Part shown: piece by piece, positions 1 through 11,770 of the stretch
How positions within the stretch are numbered: position 1 is the stretch's first letter
How the letters are laid out: every line of letters starts with the position of its first letter
Assembly: GCA_012026655.1 (NCBI GenBank)
Contig: JAAILG010001001.1
Location: 1-64,000, forward strand
Reading direction: 5' to 3'
Length of the DNA: 64,000 nucleotides
Source of the DNA: Hydrolagus affinis
Lineage: Eukaryota
The notes under the pieces: generated by a model
What the model saw: the letters and a program-made list of their open reading frames with translations, nothing else
The model's database searches: none
What the model was told of the DNA's origin: nothing
Made by a program: the position numbers and the translations under genes

Positions 1-755
1 GTTCGACCATAAACTCTCCTTCCTCCCCCACATCCGTGCCTTGACCGGCACCGCTTATTTCCACCTACACAACATTGCCAGACTCCGCATCTATCTCACC
101 CCCCCACGCTGCCGAAACACTCGTGCATGCGTACATCACCTCACGGCTGGACTACGGAAACTCTCTCCTCGTCGGCCTCCCCAGCTCCTCCATTCACAGG
201 CTGCAGGTCATCCAAAACTCTGCAGCCCGTGTACTATCCCGCACCCGCCTTCGCGACTACATAACCCCCACCCTCGCCCGTCTCCACTGGCTCCCCATCC
301 TCCAGAGGATCGAGTTCAAGATCCTCGTCCTCACCTTCAAGGCCTTACACGGCCTTGCCCCGCCCTATTTAACCGATTTACTCTCCCCCTATAAGCCCAC
401 CCGGACCCTCTGTTCAGCAGGACTTGGCCTGCTCCAAGACCCCCGCCTGAACCGCCCCACCATCGGAGGCCGGGCCTTCAGTTTCTCCGCTCCCACCCTA
501 TGGAATTCCATCCCCCAATCCCTCCGCCTTGTTTCCTCCCTTTCCTCTTTGAAGGCCGGTTTGAAGACTTTCCTCTTCGACTATGCCTTTTGCTCCCCCA
601 CAAACTTTTCGACCTCCCCTATGTGTTTCACCCCTTCCCGAACACTCCCCTCCCAGCTCGGGTCACACGCCTCCTGTGCCTTGGGACATCCTCCCGACGT
701 GAAAGGCGCTTTATAAGTTTAAATTGATGTTGTTGTTGTTGTTGTTGTTGTTGTT
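1..755 (+). mobile_element. L2-clade LINE, 3' part of ORF2 plus terminal stem-loop and (GTT)n tail; runs off the window start
   Basis: ORFs 41..394 and 75..716 give [10 protein letters not shown] / [20 protein letters not shown] / [30 protein letters not shown] / [15 protein letters not shown] / KTFLF, the typical L2 C-terminal region; one frameshift near 100; (gtt)n at 727-755. Confidence 0.93.
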
Positions 756-897
756 AAGCTGAAGAGCTCATTCTTTCCCCATACAAACAACAAATCTCTG
801 CTGATTAAAATGCTACAGAATTGTACTTTTTGATAGGCTCGGTTAAATTATGCAATGGATTTAGCATATAATGAAAAAGCTAATTTAACCTGTCTTG

Positions 898-1410
898 TCA
901 TAGAATTGTACAAGCACAGAAGGAGGCCATTCGGCCCATCATGTCTGTGCCGGCTGTTCGAAAAGAGCTGTTCAAATCAATCCTGCCCCTGCTCTCTCCC
1001 CACGGCCCTGTAAACCTGTCCTTCACAAATAACTATCTACTCTCTTAAAAGTTGTTATCGAATCTGCTGCTTCCACCCTCTCAGGCAATGCATTCCAGAT
1101 CCAAACAACTTGCTGTGTGAAAACATGTCTCTTCACCTGCACTCTGTTCCTTGTTACAACTATTTTAAATCAATGTCTTCAAGTTACTGACCCACTCACC
1201 AGTGGAAATAGTTTCTCCTCGTTCATCCTATCGAAATCCCTGATAATTTTGAAAACTTCTATTGAGTCTCCTCTTAACCTTCTCTGCCCCAGAGAATAAT
1301 CCTAGCTTCTCTATACTCTCCTGATAACTGAAGTCCCTCATTCCTGGTAGCACTCTGGCAAATCTCCTTTGCATGCTCTCTAATGTCTTGACATCCTTCC
1401 CAAAGTACAA
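898..1410 (-). mobile_element. CR1-clade LINE 3' fragment
   Basis: ORF 1228..1410(-) LESMQRRFARVLPGMRDFSYQESIEKLGLFS matches the CR1 ORF2 C-terminus; 3' end motif catagaattgtacaagcacagaaggaggccattcggccc resembles the end of the large CR1 at 26965. Confidence 0.88.
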
Positions 1411-2297
1411 TGTATAAACTGTTCTTTTATAAACTCCATCCAGCTTGTGAAATGTTCTGAGGAAAGGTTCTGAATAGCTTCTTCCTTTCCCCAGTCAATT
1501 CCACCCAAAACTTGCAATTTTGAAAAGAAAAGACATTTTGATAGGGTAAACTGAACTGGCTGGCCAATCTTACATGTAATTAAAAGTTTCAGGATTTTAT
1601 AGAAAAATGTAGTACCTTATCTGTTATTGTGGATTCAGTAAAATGATATTGCTGATCCACAGAAACATTACTGTTTTTGTACTCCAAAAGGGAAGGATTA
1701 AGGATTATTATTGTTAGTTGTACACCCTGATTCATTATAACAATAACCACAACTAAAATGGTCCAAATTGCTACAAAAGTACATATTCTAGCACATCCCC
1801 TGAATGACATGATTTAGGTCACTTTGGTTTTCTGTTTGGCAATCATCCTAATTATTATTCCCTGAACTATAACTTGATACTGATTGGAACTGACACAACA
1901 TACTTCAGAAGATATAGAGATACCAATTTAGATAAACATTTATACATTAAATCTGCCAGTTAATATCTCAGTTTTAAATGGCATAATAGATGTTTCAAGC
2001 TGATATAAGATTTAATGATATTGGAAGGAAGAATCTGCTTAAAGTCTAATGGCACATTGGTTCAGGGTGCAGATTCATCTAAGCATTCTAACTTAAAGTT
2101 TTGGACCAAATGGCAAAAGATTAATTTAAATTTTGAAATCAAAAACTTTGAAAAATCAATTCTGCTGCTTTGACTTGCTTGAAAAAGTCTTGTCCTTTCA
2201 ATAACTGGCCTTGAGTTAATTAAAATGTGCAAGAGTAAGATGGCTTTTAATTTTTCACTAAATGTTCATTGGCAAGATTGTTTTCATTTCATGTAAT

Positions 2298-2335
2298 AAA
2301 CAAACAAACAAACAAATAAATAAATAAATAAATAA
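2298..2335. repeat. compound microsatellite (AAAC)n(AAAT)n
   Basis: seen directly. Confidence 0.9.
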
Positions 2336-3526
2336 CTGTTGTATTGATAGTGATAGCTTCAAAGAGCTCAGGCTGTTCTGTCCTACTTAAGGCTTGATTG
2401 TATATCAACATATATTTTCATCAGAACTGCTTGTTGTAGTCCAGTCATCTACATTGATCATTTTGCTCTGACCTTATTCTGAAAAATGGACTGCACCTCT
2501 TTGATCTTAATAGGACAATTTTTTTGTAGTTGGGCCGTTTGATCATTCTTAACGAGCAACTATGAGGTTGTCAAAAGCAGCCTGTATCATTTTCTGTCAG
2601 AATGTTTCTTAAGAATTGGTTGGTTTAAAAGTATCATGAAAATAATCACACAGTTGAAGACAATATTGAAGAGGGAATTTCAGCATCTTATGCCTGGTAG
2701 TGGAATGAGCCTGTTCTATGGGTCTAACTAAAATAATGTAATTGTAAAAATACTCTAATGTTCACAGCTCACATATAATTTCCCATTCTCTCTGCATCCT
2801 TTGCACTGGGTCTATTGCATACCAGTCAGCACAAAATAAAAGATGAATTGGAATGAATTGGTATTGTGGTATTGGTCTGTCACTAATTAATGATAAATTT
2901 TCCATCTCCAGATTACTTTTATGAACTGCCTGAAGTAATGGCCAAAAGCATTATTCACAACTAATGTGTATAAACTTCAGTCAGCCCAGGTCCGTCATTA
3001 TTTCTGAGATTTTTGGGTTTTTCAACTTCTTGACTTATATGCACCCTTAAGACTGGAAGCACCTCTCAAATTTTCTATCAAGGAGAGGGAATTCTGCATT
3101 AATCATCAAATCATATAAATGACAATTCGCTGAGTTGCCTTTAACCGAGGACTTCAAATATGAATTTACTGAAACCTGGGATGTTTGTTTACTTTATTTA
3201 CTACATCATTTCCACTCTTTGTCCATTCTTATTTAATTAATGTCTTTGAATCTGAAGGAATTTGGGAGATATTATAGTTTAGCAAGACCTCTTTTTGGTA
3301 CTATGTGTTATGGATTCAAGGCTCTACATCAAGATGTGTGGTGATAGTGCAGTGCTTGGGGATGCAACAGTTCTGACCCCTGGGCATGTACCCATGTTAT
3401 GTAAAATGCACGGTATAATATGTGGCCTCTGTGTAGATTCTTATCTGTGATGTGCAAGTTTCCTCTTTATGTGTGAAACTTCACTGTATGAGAATTAACA
3501 CGATGGTGGGTAATCTCATTGCTTTA

Positions 3527-3829
3527 TAATAAAAATAATAATCCATGTATTTGATATAGCGCTTTTCATGCCTTCTAGCCATCTCAAGCACTTCACAGGA
3601 TATACTGTAAAGTGAATTGACCGAATATTTGTGGACGAAACGTGGCAGCCAATTGCGCTCAGCAAACAGTCGTGGATTGAAGTGACCAATTTATTTATTT
3701 TTTTCTTCAGGAATTATTATCAGTTGTGTGGAGTATGGAAACTTGCTCAAGGTCTCGCCCCTGCTGGGAATTGAACTCAGGTTTCTCGCTTGCGAGGCAA
3801 GTGCTCTAACCATTAAGCTGCAGGACTCC
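3527..3829 (-). mobile_element. tRNA(Ala)-derived SINE with Deu-domain-like core and L2-type tail (young family)
   Basis: reverse complement begins ggagtcctgcagcttaatggttagagcacttgcctcgcaagcgagaaacctgagttcaattccc (Pol III A and B boxes), has core aattggctgccacgtttcg and tail gtgcttgagatggctagaaggcatgaaaagcgctatatcaaat(att)n. Confidence 0.88.
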
Positions 3830-4464
3830 ATGTTACGGTGCAACAATGGGATGCTTCAGTCACTTCGCACTACCAGATAGCTGACTTTTGCAGTAACCTG
3901 TTTGTGTCTCTCTCCCTCATTGAATTTAACAGAGACTCGAGGTACACCTTTTAGAAAACACAAAGGAATTTTATTGGTCCTTACAACCCTAAGCCTCACC
4001 TACACTGCCCGTAACAAGATAAATGATTGCAACATTAAGAAATAGAAAATCCTTACACTGACTATGACCCTAGCAATTTTACCCAAAGTTAGTAGACAAA
4101 GAAAAAACAATCTTGACGAAGAAATAAGGCAGGCATGCACCTCTTTGATAATACTAAAGATGATGAGCGACCCCCAGTTTAACAATTCCCCTTCTTTTAT
4201 GTTTTTCTAGCTCCTTCCTGTTCAGTGTATCTCTCAATACCTTTTCCCACCATTTTCAGTCTCCTCTCCTCCCAAGTGTATCACTCGGTTCTAGGTCACA
4301 GACTTTGTGCCATCAAGGCTCTACTGCTTAAAAATTACATTCTGGTCTCTGGACCATATGCTTCAAGTGAAGTGGCTTATTTTAACCCAAACCTACACAG
4401 ACTATTTACAGCAAATATAATTAGAATGACATAGAGCATTAATAGTTCAGTGGTTAATAACTCA

Positions 4465-5200
4465 GTAGCTCAGTAGTTAGAGCACTCGTCTCGCAAGTGA
4501 GAGACCTGAGTTTGATTCCCGGCAGGGTGAAACCTTGGGCAGGTTTCTTTACTCCACATGACTGATAATAATCCCTCAAGAAATAAAAAACAATAATAAA
4601 TTGGTCACTTCAATCCATGACAGTTTGTGGGACACTGCTGTGCACAATTGGCTGCCATGTTTCTCCCACAAATATACAGTCAATTCACCTTACAGTAGTA
4701 ATAATAATAGTAATAATAAGCCTTACATTTGATATAAACAAAAATTGTTTTTCGAAACAATTTAGAATTATTGAAATCAGGCCATAACTGCTTCCTTCTT
4801 CCGCTCTCTGTGACCATTACCACATCGTCTCAGACACACATTTTCTCTCTCTGGCCTGTTCTGCTGCAATTTTTTTGTTTTTCTTTTTTTTACATTATTA
4901 ACATCTCTTTAAACCATCATCTCCTGTTCTCGATCACATTTTCTCTTTTGTCTTCCTTGCCCTGCCTCCCCCCTCTTTGTTAGACCTTAAGAGCCTCTGC
5001 CTCCCAGTATGCCCCAGTCTAAATGAAGGGTCATGGACCTGAAACATTGACTCACTTTCCTTTCTCCATAAATGCTATAAGACCTGCAAAGTGTTCCCAG
5101 CAATTATTTTTTTTTCACTTTACAGTATATTCTGTGCAGTGCTTTGAGACGTCTAGAAGACGTGAAAAGCATTATGAAATGCAATAATAATTATTATTAA
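4465..5200 (+). mobile_element. tRNA-derived SINE split in two (4465-4697 and 5114-5200) by a nested insertion
   Basis: head gtagctcagtagttagagcactcgtctcgcaagtgagagacctgagtttgattccc; body resumes at 5114 with duplicated ttcac(c/t)ttacagta (4684-4697 and 5114-5127). Confidence 0.85.
4780..5113 (+). mobile_element. Penelope-like element 3' end / pseudo-LTR with decayed minimal hammerhead core
   Basis: pyrimidine-rich segment, then agtctaaatgaa-gggtc-atg-gacct-gaaacattgactc (CUGAUGA / stem II / GAAAC layout), then the arm shared with 5345-5432 and 39196-39332. Confidence 0.65.
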
Positions 5201-5219
5201 TAAAACAAGATGTCCATGA

Positions 5220-5600
5220 CACTACAATGTTGGTAGTGTCAGTTTTAGGATGAGATATTAAACTTAGATTTTGGTCTTGTTATACAATTTAACACAATTT
5301 GAAAAGAGAAGGGAGCTTCTCTTGGTCAAAAACTTCTCTTGGTCAAAAACAAAAATTGCTGGGGAAACTCAGCAGGTCAAGCAGCATCCATGGAGAAAGG
5401 AAAAAGAGTCAACGTTTCGGGTCTACAACCATTCTCTTGGTTTCCTGGTTAACAATTCCCTAAATTCATCAATTAATTGTCAAATAAATTTATTATTTAG
5501 TTATGAGACAAAATTACTTCTATATTTGCTTACAAGCCTATCGGTACAGCAATTATCCTAAAGCACTTTGAGATGCTTTGACATGATAAGCCATATTGTA
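5220..5600 (+). mobile_element. old Deu-domain SINE (SacSINE1-like), decayed, interrupted by a Penelope-like fragment
   Basis: ggatgagatattaaac...tttgaaaagagaagggagcttctcttggt...aagcactttgagatgctttgacatgataagccatattgtaaatgcaagtttctttct. Confidence 0.6.
5345..5432 (-). mobile_element. Penelope-like pseudo-LTR fragment, inverted relative to the copy at 4780-5113
   Basis: aaaattgctggggaaactcagcaggtcaagcagcatccatggagaaaggaaaaagagtcaacgtttcgggtc; flanked by repeated ttctcttggt. Confidence 0.7.
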
Positions 5601-6799
5601 AATGCAAGTTTCTTTCTTATGTAAAGTCCTGTGCATTAAATTTACATATTTTAAATTAGCATATCTTCCAGGCTTTTTAAATGTACAGAATTTTGCAAAT
5701 TGGCTCTTTAACCACTGAGGAACCAGTTGACCGCAATTAGTGATGCAAATTGAGGTGTATGGGTTAGGATTGCAAGTCTTAAAATTTGAATATTCCTGAA
5801 TCAGAAGATTTAATCCCTACTCTTCAGTGAATCTCCCTGCAAACTTCCTACACTAACAAACATCTCAATGCAGCAGTACAAGAAAACAGATGCACTTCAC
5901 AGACTGCTTAAGATTACACCAGGCAGCAAACAATATTCATCACTGGCTAAATATAAATTCTCTCTACCAGGACCAGTAAATTGGGAGAGGTTTCTAATGT
6001 TGCCTATCATGGGTGCGAGGAGGGCAAACTTTGTGGCCAACAGTGGGGAGAGGATTGAGGGAGCAAGCAGGTGCTTGGTTTCTTACCGGGTTGGAATTCA
6101 GGAAGGATAAGAGTGGAACAATAAGTCTTCATCTGAAACTCTCTAGTGATCTTTAACAATTATTCCCATATTATTCAGCATTCTGGGGACTCGTCCCATC
6201 CATATTAGGACATCTGGTCCCCAAGGACAACATGCTATTGTTCCACATACATTTTCAACTAATACCATCTCCAAACAATAGTTTAGTGGCCACTTCATTT
6301 TATGCATGTTGTGTAATCGTTGAAGACTAATTTTCTGCCATGGGAGACCACTGTTAATGCTAGGTGTCTGAGATAGGATAAAGTAAACCTGTGTCACTCT
6401 TATTTGTTATAAACGCCTAATGGTCTAAAATCCTTAAATTTGCAGGCACCAAGATGGAGTGGGAGTGAGACAGAATCATATTGGTAAATAGGTTGTCACA
6501 GTTTCTATGCTGTTAGCACTGTCTTTGAACCAACATCATTGATGTAATATTTGTGGCATATTGTTATGTACCTGATATCAATACTTGAGACAGCAGATAT
6601 GAGTGTATAAGGTTTCTCTAACTTTTGCTTCAACTTCTATACAGATATTGTTTAAAATTCTAATATTTCAAATCCAGATCTAATGATCCTTTACAAGGGG
6701 TATATACTATCCCATAATCCTAACTGTGATGGAATGAGACCTATCTCACTGTGACTGTTGTCTTTTAGGTTTCTACTTTGGAGCTGCTGCTACCACTCA

Positions 6800-7060
6800 A
6801 ATCATAGAATCATAATCCTCATAGAATATTACAGCACAGAAGACCATTTTGCTCATTGTGCTCATGGCTCTTTTGAAGAGATATCAATCGGTCCCCCCAT
6901 CTCCACCCCCGCTCATTCCCATATCCATGCCGTTTTTTTTCTGTTCATGTACCTACCCAATTCCCTTTGGAAAGTTATTATTCAATTTGTTTCCACTACC
7001 CTTTCAGGCAGTGCATTCCAGACTGTTACAACTCTCTGCCTAAAAAATAACTACTATTTT
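6800..7060 (-). mobile_element. CR1 LINE 3' fragment
   Basis: catagaatcat...catagaatattacagcacagaaga...ccactaccctttcaggcagtgcattccagactgttacaactctctg, homologous to 898-1120. Confidence 0.75.
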
Positions 7061-9534
7061 CTCTCTGGATCCTGTTGACTGACCATTGGGATAAATTTAC
7101 CAGTTGGATATGATCCATAATGCTTGTTAGTTGTTCACAGTACTATTCTTAATTTCAAACTAGACGTGGTACATTGGTTCCATACCATCGAAGAAGCTGC
7201 AGGAGTGCTTGCCAGAAATTATTTAAAATTCTCTCTTACCCTTAAAACTTTCGCAGATGGGCAAATATAAGGAACAGACAATTTCATAACTCATCTGATC
7301 CTTGTAACAGCAGCCAAGTGTACACCCCCTACCCTGCTACAGGCATTTAACCTTGATTGTAGAACCATTATACATGGAGCAACAGTGTAACTGAATTTAA
7401 ACAGAAGAAGAATGTTGTAACTTCATTAAGAGATCTCTTAAAGTAATTGAAATCCGACATTTTCAACTATTGAGTGGTTGGAGGTTCAGGGCAATCATTT
7501 TCTGGGTAAAAAGGTAATTTATTTCACAACAGGATGATGCTTGGGAAATTGGGTTCTGGCCTGTAGGGCATCGCATATTGTGATATGTTTTGCCTTTAGT
7601 GTGGGTGGTCTGCTTGATCTTGCGGTAGGCAAAGATGTTATTGATAGATCAAGTGACCTTGAAGGGGATGATTGCCACAGAAGCAGATTGTGCTATGGGT
7701 CCCACTGTTATATCTGGTTATATTGCTGGAAGTAATGTGATTTTACTTCCAGCAGTACAGAAATTGAGAGGAGAAGCTGGATTTATATTTCCTGTTCCCA
7801 ATGGATCTGGCTAAATTCTTATGAGACCTTTGTGCCAAAACAACTGAGCACATGTATGGAGTTCAACTAATCAGCAATGTTGTTTTTAATGCTATGGAGA
7901 AGCTACAAAGGCTAGGATCTCCTTCATCACATTAAAACAATCCCTTAAAATTAATGAAGTTTATAAGGAACCAGTTTTGAACAGAGGCTCAATTGATTCA
8001 CAGTACAGTACAGAAAACACCTTCTCAAGGTGATCACAAAAATCACAATGTAAAGCTGTATTAAGCTCTTTTCATGATCAACACATGATATATCTTCATG
8101 TCAAATGCACCAGTCCGATAGACTTTATGAAGATCATTCCACAGCCCCAATATAGTTGAAATAGCAGTGGGGGAGTTGGGGGGAGCAGGGTTCAGATGGT
8201 CAAGGTAACCTGCTATGCAGTGCTCCATAATGCTATCCTGCTTGAAGGGTACTATATATAAATGCTGGCTGTTTTTTTTCCCCCCATGTGCTGTCAGCTT
8301 TCAACACAGTTGTGAGTTTTTTTAAGTGGAGATCTTGTCTGCAAGATAAAAGACCAATTTGTCTATGATCTCCTTTCACCCAAAACAATTGCTATTGGTA
8401 GGTTGAGAAACTCATGGATTGCATTGGCAGTGAAAAATGTTTCCCTCTTCAACTTTTCTGCCTAACTTTTGTTCTGCCTTTGATTATTGTTGAAAGGTCT
8501 TCAATAAATGAAGGCAAAGTAAAAGTTACAATGGATTTTCTTCAAGTAATGTTTTGAGGAAGCTAAATCAGGCATAAAACAGCATTTCAGTATGGCACCA
8601 CACTATCAATGGCTCTCTCAGTGGGTGTTAGAAGAAGTTTCAGTACTTAGTGGCACTGTGGTTGAAATGGCAGAGTTGAACTTCATTAATGACCACCTTT
8701 ACTCTTCTCAGACACACATTTTAGAAATTAATTGTGGAGGATATATATCATTGTCAATCTAAGTACTAAAATTAAACATGACCCACTAAGCATTTGTCCC
8801 ATTATTAAACTCACTAACACCACCTCTGAGCTGGTGTTAACAACTCTCTTTTTTCAGCTGTTTCATGCCATTACACTTTCTTCTTTAATAATTTCCACAC
8901 GTTTTTAATAAGCTCTACCTTCAATAATGATTTTTGTAGCTGTTTGGGAGGAGTACAAATGCAGAGAGAAATGCCAAATACCGACGATTCTGATCTGACT
9001 TGTTTACTTGTGTTTCTACTGTGGCTAAACTTAGCAGACGTAGGAAGATGAGACCCAATCTGTCTGTGTCCCTGGTGATCCACGGAGACTGGCATCCTAA
9101 CTGGAGAGCCAACTTGTATTATAATCAATCTATGGCAATGCACGTAGCTGGATTTTAGTTTTTTGCAGCTAAAGATAAATCGCTCCCTGGAACAATAACA
9201 TCTAGTGCAATGTCGTTTGTACAAAGCTATGTTGTGGGTATAATAATCCCAGAAGCAATGATGAAGCTATCTCGCATGTCCTTAAAGATTATCAATACAA
9301 TAACTTAGCGACTGAACTCATTTTTTAAATTTGAAGTAGTAATAATAACTATTATTTTATTTGTTATAATGATATTCGATATATGTCAGGAGGAGTTTCA
9401 AATTATTCTATTCCACTCTGTTCTACTCCATACCTCTTCTCTCAACTGCACCTTCATAGTTCTGTCCTTGTGTAGTTTCACACTTACCTGTCTCCTCTGG
9501 TAGGGAAATGCAGGGCCCTATGTATACTGACACA

Positions 9535-10260
9535 ACCTTCAGTATCTTATTCAACTGTCCTCCAGATGTCCTTTAAACCCCAGATCCATACCATGACCCG
9601 TTTTGCCTTCTACCACCTCCACAACATTGCCTATCTCTGCCAATACTTCTCCCCTCAGGCTGCATTGCATGGACTCGCATCCATGCTTTCATTACATCCA
9701 GGCTTCATTATGCTAACTTCCTGCATGCCGAACTTCTCAACTCTTCTCTGCACAAACTGCAGAATATTGAAATCTCTGCAGCTTGTGTCCAGCATGAATT
9801 GGTCACACCTATCCTCGCTCAGCTTCAGATCCTCTCCATCCCCTAAAAGAATGAATTTGAGAAGCTCGTCCTCACCTTTAAAGCACTCCATGCTCATGTT
9901 CCTACCTACCTTTGCGACCTACTAACATTTTATCGACCTGGCCTGCTCCACATCCCCTTCACTGTCCATTCCACCATATGCAGACCGGCTTTCAGCCTTT
10001 CCGCCCCCACCCTCTGGAACTTCATCCCAGAGTCCCTCCTCCTTGCCTCCTCCCTTGTTCTTTCAAGGCCCATCTCAAGACCATCCTCTTCCCACCTCCA
10101 TCCCTCTTGCCTTCCACCTCTCTTGACAACAACAACAACTTCAATTTATATAGTGCCTTCCATGCCGGACGGATGTCTCAGAGCTTGACTCCAGCCCGCA
10201 GTTTGGGTGCAATCCTTTCACTGTCCAGGGCCTTGGGATGTTCTTCAGAGTAAAAGGCAT
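9535..10260 (+). mobile_element. decayed L2 LINE 3' fragment; tail interrupted by the MITE at 10262, with an inverted tail-only L2 at about 10127-10187
   Basis: ORF 9566 SFKPQIHTMTRFAFYHLHNIAYL; ctctggaac, ttcaaggcccatctcaagacc; tail ccttgggatgttcttcagagtaaaaggca continues after 10942. Confidence 0.78.
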
Positions 10261-10426
10261 ACAAGTATCCTGCCCCAACCACGGCCTCACCAACCACGAA
10301 ACTCATGCATCCACGGTTTGCTAAATGCAACAACCCTCGCAAACCGCATTTTGCGTTTTGCGCATCTGTGATTTAAATCTGCGGATTTAAATTTTCAAGT
10401 TTAGCATAGCGTATAGTACTAAGACC

Positions 10427-10526
10427 NNNNNNNNNNNNNNNNNNNNNNNNNNNNNNNNNNNNNNNNNNNNNNNNNNNNNNNNNNNNNNNNNNNNNNNNNN
10501 NNNNNNNNNNNNNNNNNNNNNNNNNN
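10427..10526. other. assembly gap (100 N)
   Basis: run of N; true length unknown. Confidence 0.99.
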
Positions 10527-10584
10527 TCTCTGTAGATCAGTCAGACAGCCTCCCCAGCCCTCCGTGTCTCCCCCCACCCTCCGT

Positions 10585-10660
10585 CTCGCTCTCTCTCTCT
10601 CTCTCTGTGTAGAGAGTCAGTCAGTCAGTGAGTCAGTGAGTCAGTCAATCAGTCAGTCAG
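10585..10660. repeat. (CT)n and (AGTC)n microsatellites inside the MITE
   Basis: seen directly. Confidence 0.85.
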
Positions 10661-10964
10661 ATAACCTCACGGATTGCTGCAGATGTGCCCAAACTTACTC
10701 CCCCTGTCCCCGTGTATGTTATAACTGTATGTTTTTTTTTGTGTTTCGTTTTACTAAACGCGAACTTACTACCCATATCCTCATGTTTCCCATAGGGCCC
10801 TGCATTTCCCAACCACGAAAAAGCAAACATACTCCCCCTAACCCCGTGTTTCCCAGAGGGCCCTGCATTTTCCAACCACGAATTTTCCAACCGCGAAGGT
10901 TTACAGGAACGTATCCCCCGCGGTTGGCGAGGGATACCTGTATCTGAATGCAATTTGTTATTGT

Positions 10965-11210
10965 TGAGGATGTCTCAAAGCGCTTCATAGCAGTTTACCA
11001 AAAGGTATTGTGATGTGCATTTTATAGGTGAATGTAGTATTCAATTTTATACACATAAGCCACAAATTGAATGAAACAATTTTATCTGGAGGATTTGTTG
11101 ACCAGGACACTGGGGAAAAAATTCTTTGTGAATAGTGCCAAGTGATTTTTAATGTCTACTTAAACAGACAGACAGGACTTTAGTTTATTGCTTCATCTGA
11201 AAGACAACTG
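10965..11210 (-). mobile_element. old Deu-domain SINE fragment
   Basis: ggatgtctcaaagcgcttca...accaggacactgggg...gaatagtgccaagtgatttttaatgtctacttaaacagacagacagg...tcatctgaaagac. Confidence 0.65.
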
Positions 11211-11369
11211 GTTCTGTGAATCAAGAGGAAATTGAGCAATCAGATTGCCAATCTGTACTTAAGTACATCAAGGGTGAAATTAATGAAGTTTTATAACCTC
11301 GTTCAACGGGATCACATAGAATGTATTATGATACATCACAATTTATCCTTATTTGTGATGATAAAAATA

Positions 11370-11770
11370 ATCCTTGCATTCGGTACAATGCCTTTCATGC
11401 AAGGAGGATATTCCAAAGAGCCGCACAGGATTGTAAAGTGGAATAACTGTGTGTGATTTGTGGATGAGTGCAGCAACCAATTTTGTGCAGAGCAATGTTC
11501 TACAAATAGTACAGAGTGATTCACCCATTTTATTTGGAGGATTATTAGCCAGGATACTGGGAAAATTACCTTCTTTTTTAAGTTTGTCCACCAGACAAAT
11601 TGGGTCTTGATTTAACTTCTCGACTGACTTTCAACAATGCAGCACTCCCCAAGCACTGCATTGGAGTGCCACCTTCGATTATTTGTTCTAAGGCCTGATG
11701 TAGAGGTTTCAATCGATAATCTTCTGACTTGGAGGCTGGAGTGCTACCAACTGAAGCAACTTGACACACA
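11370..11770 (-). mobile_element. old Deu-domain SINE (SacSINE1-like), near full length
   Basis: tail aataatccttgcattcggtacaatgcctttca; core gcagcaaccaattttgtgcagagcaa; caatgcagcactccccaagcactgcattggagtg; head cttctgacttggaggctggagtgctaccaactgaagc. Confidence 0.72.

Larger units (their letters stand above)
10262..10940. mobile_element. Tc1/mariner superfamily (Tigger/pogo-like) non-autonomous DNA transposon spanning an assembly gap
   Basis: TA at 10260-10261 and 10941-10942; left end caagtatcctgccccaaccacgg vs reverse complement of right end caggtatccctcgccaaccgcgg (18/23 identical); subterminal ccaacc(a/g)cg repeats at both ends. Confidence 0.78.

Noticed and set aside
75-716. Long ORFs (75..716, 41158..41721, 28174..28758, 27072..27539) as host genes
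   Set aside because: All are fragments of L2 or CR1 ORF2 with neighbouring frameshifts or stops; the Gly/Glu- or Pro/Ser-rich ORFs overlapping them are antisense or alternative frames
3760-3829. tRNA-Ala-like sequences (also at 4465, 16905, 24800, 35060, 37370, 40538, 43102, 55030)
   Set aside because: They lack a proper acceptor stem and run straight into a shared SINE body and tail, so they are SINE heads and not tRNA genes
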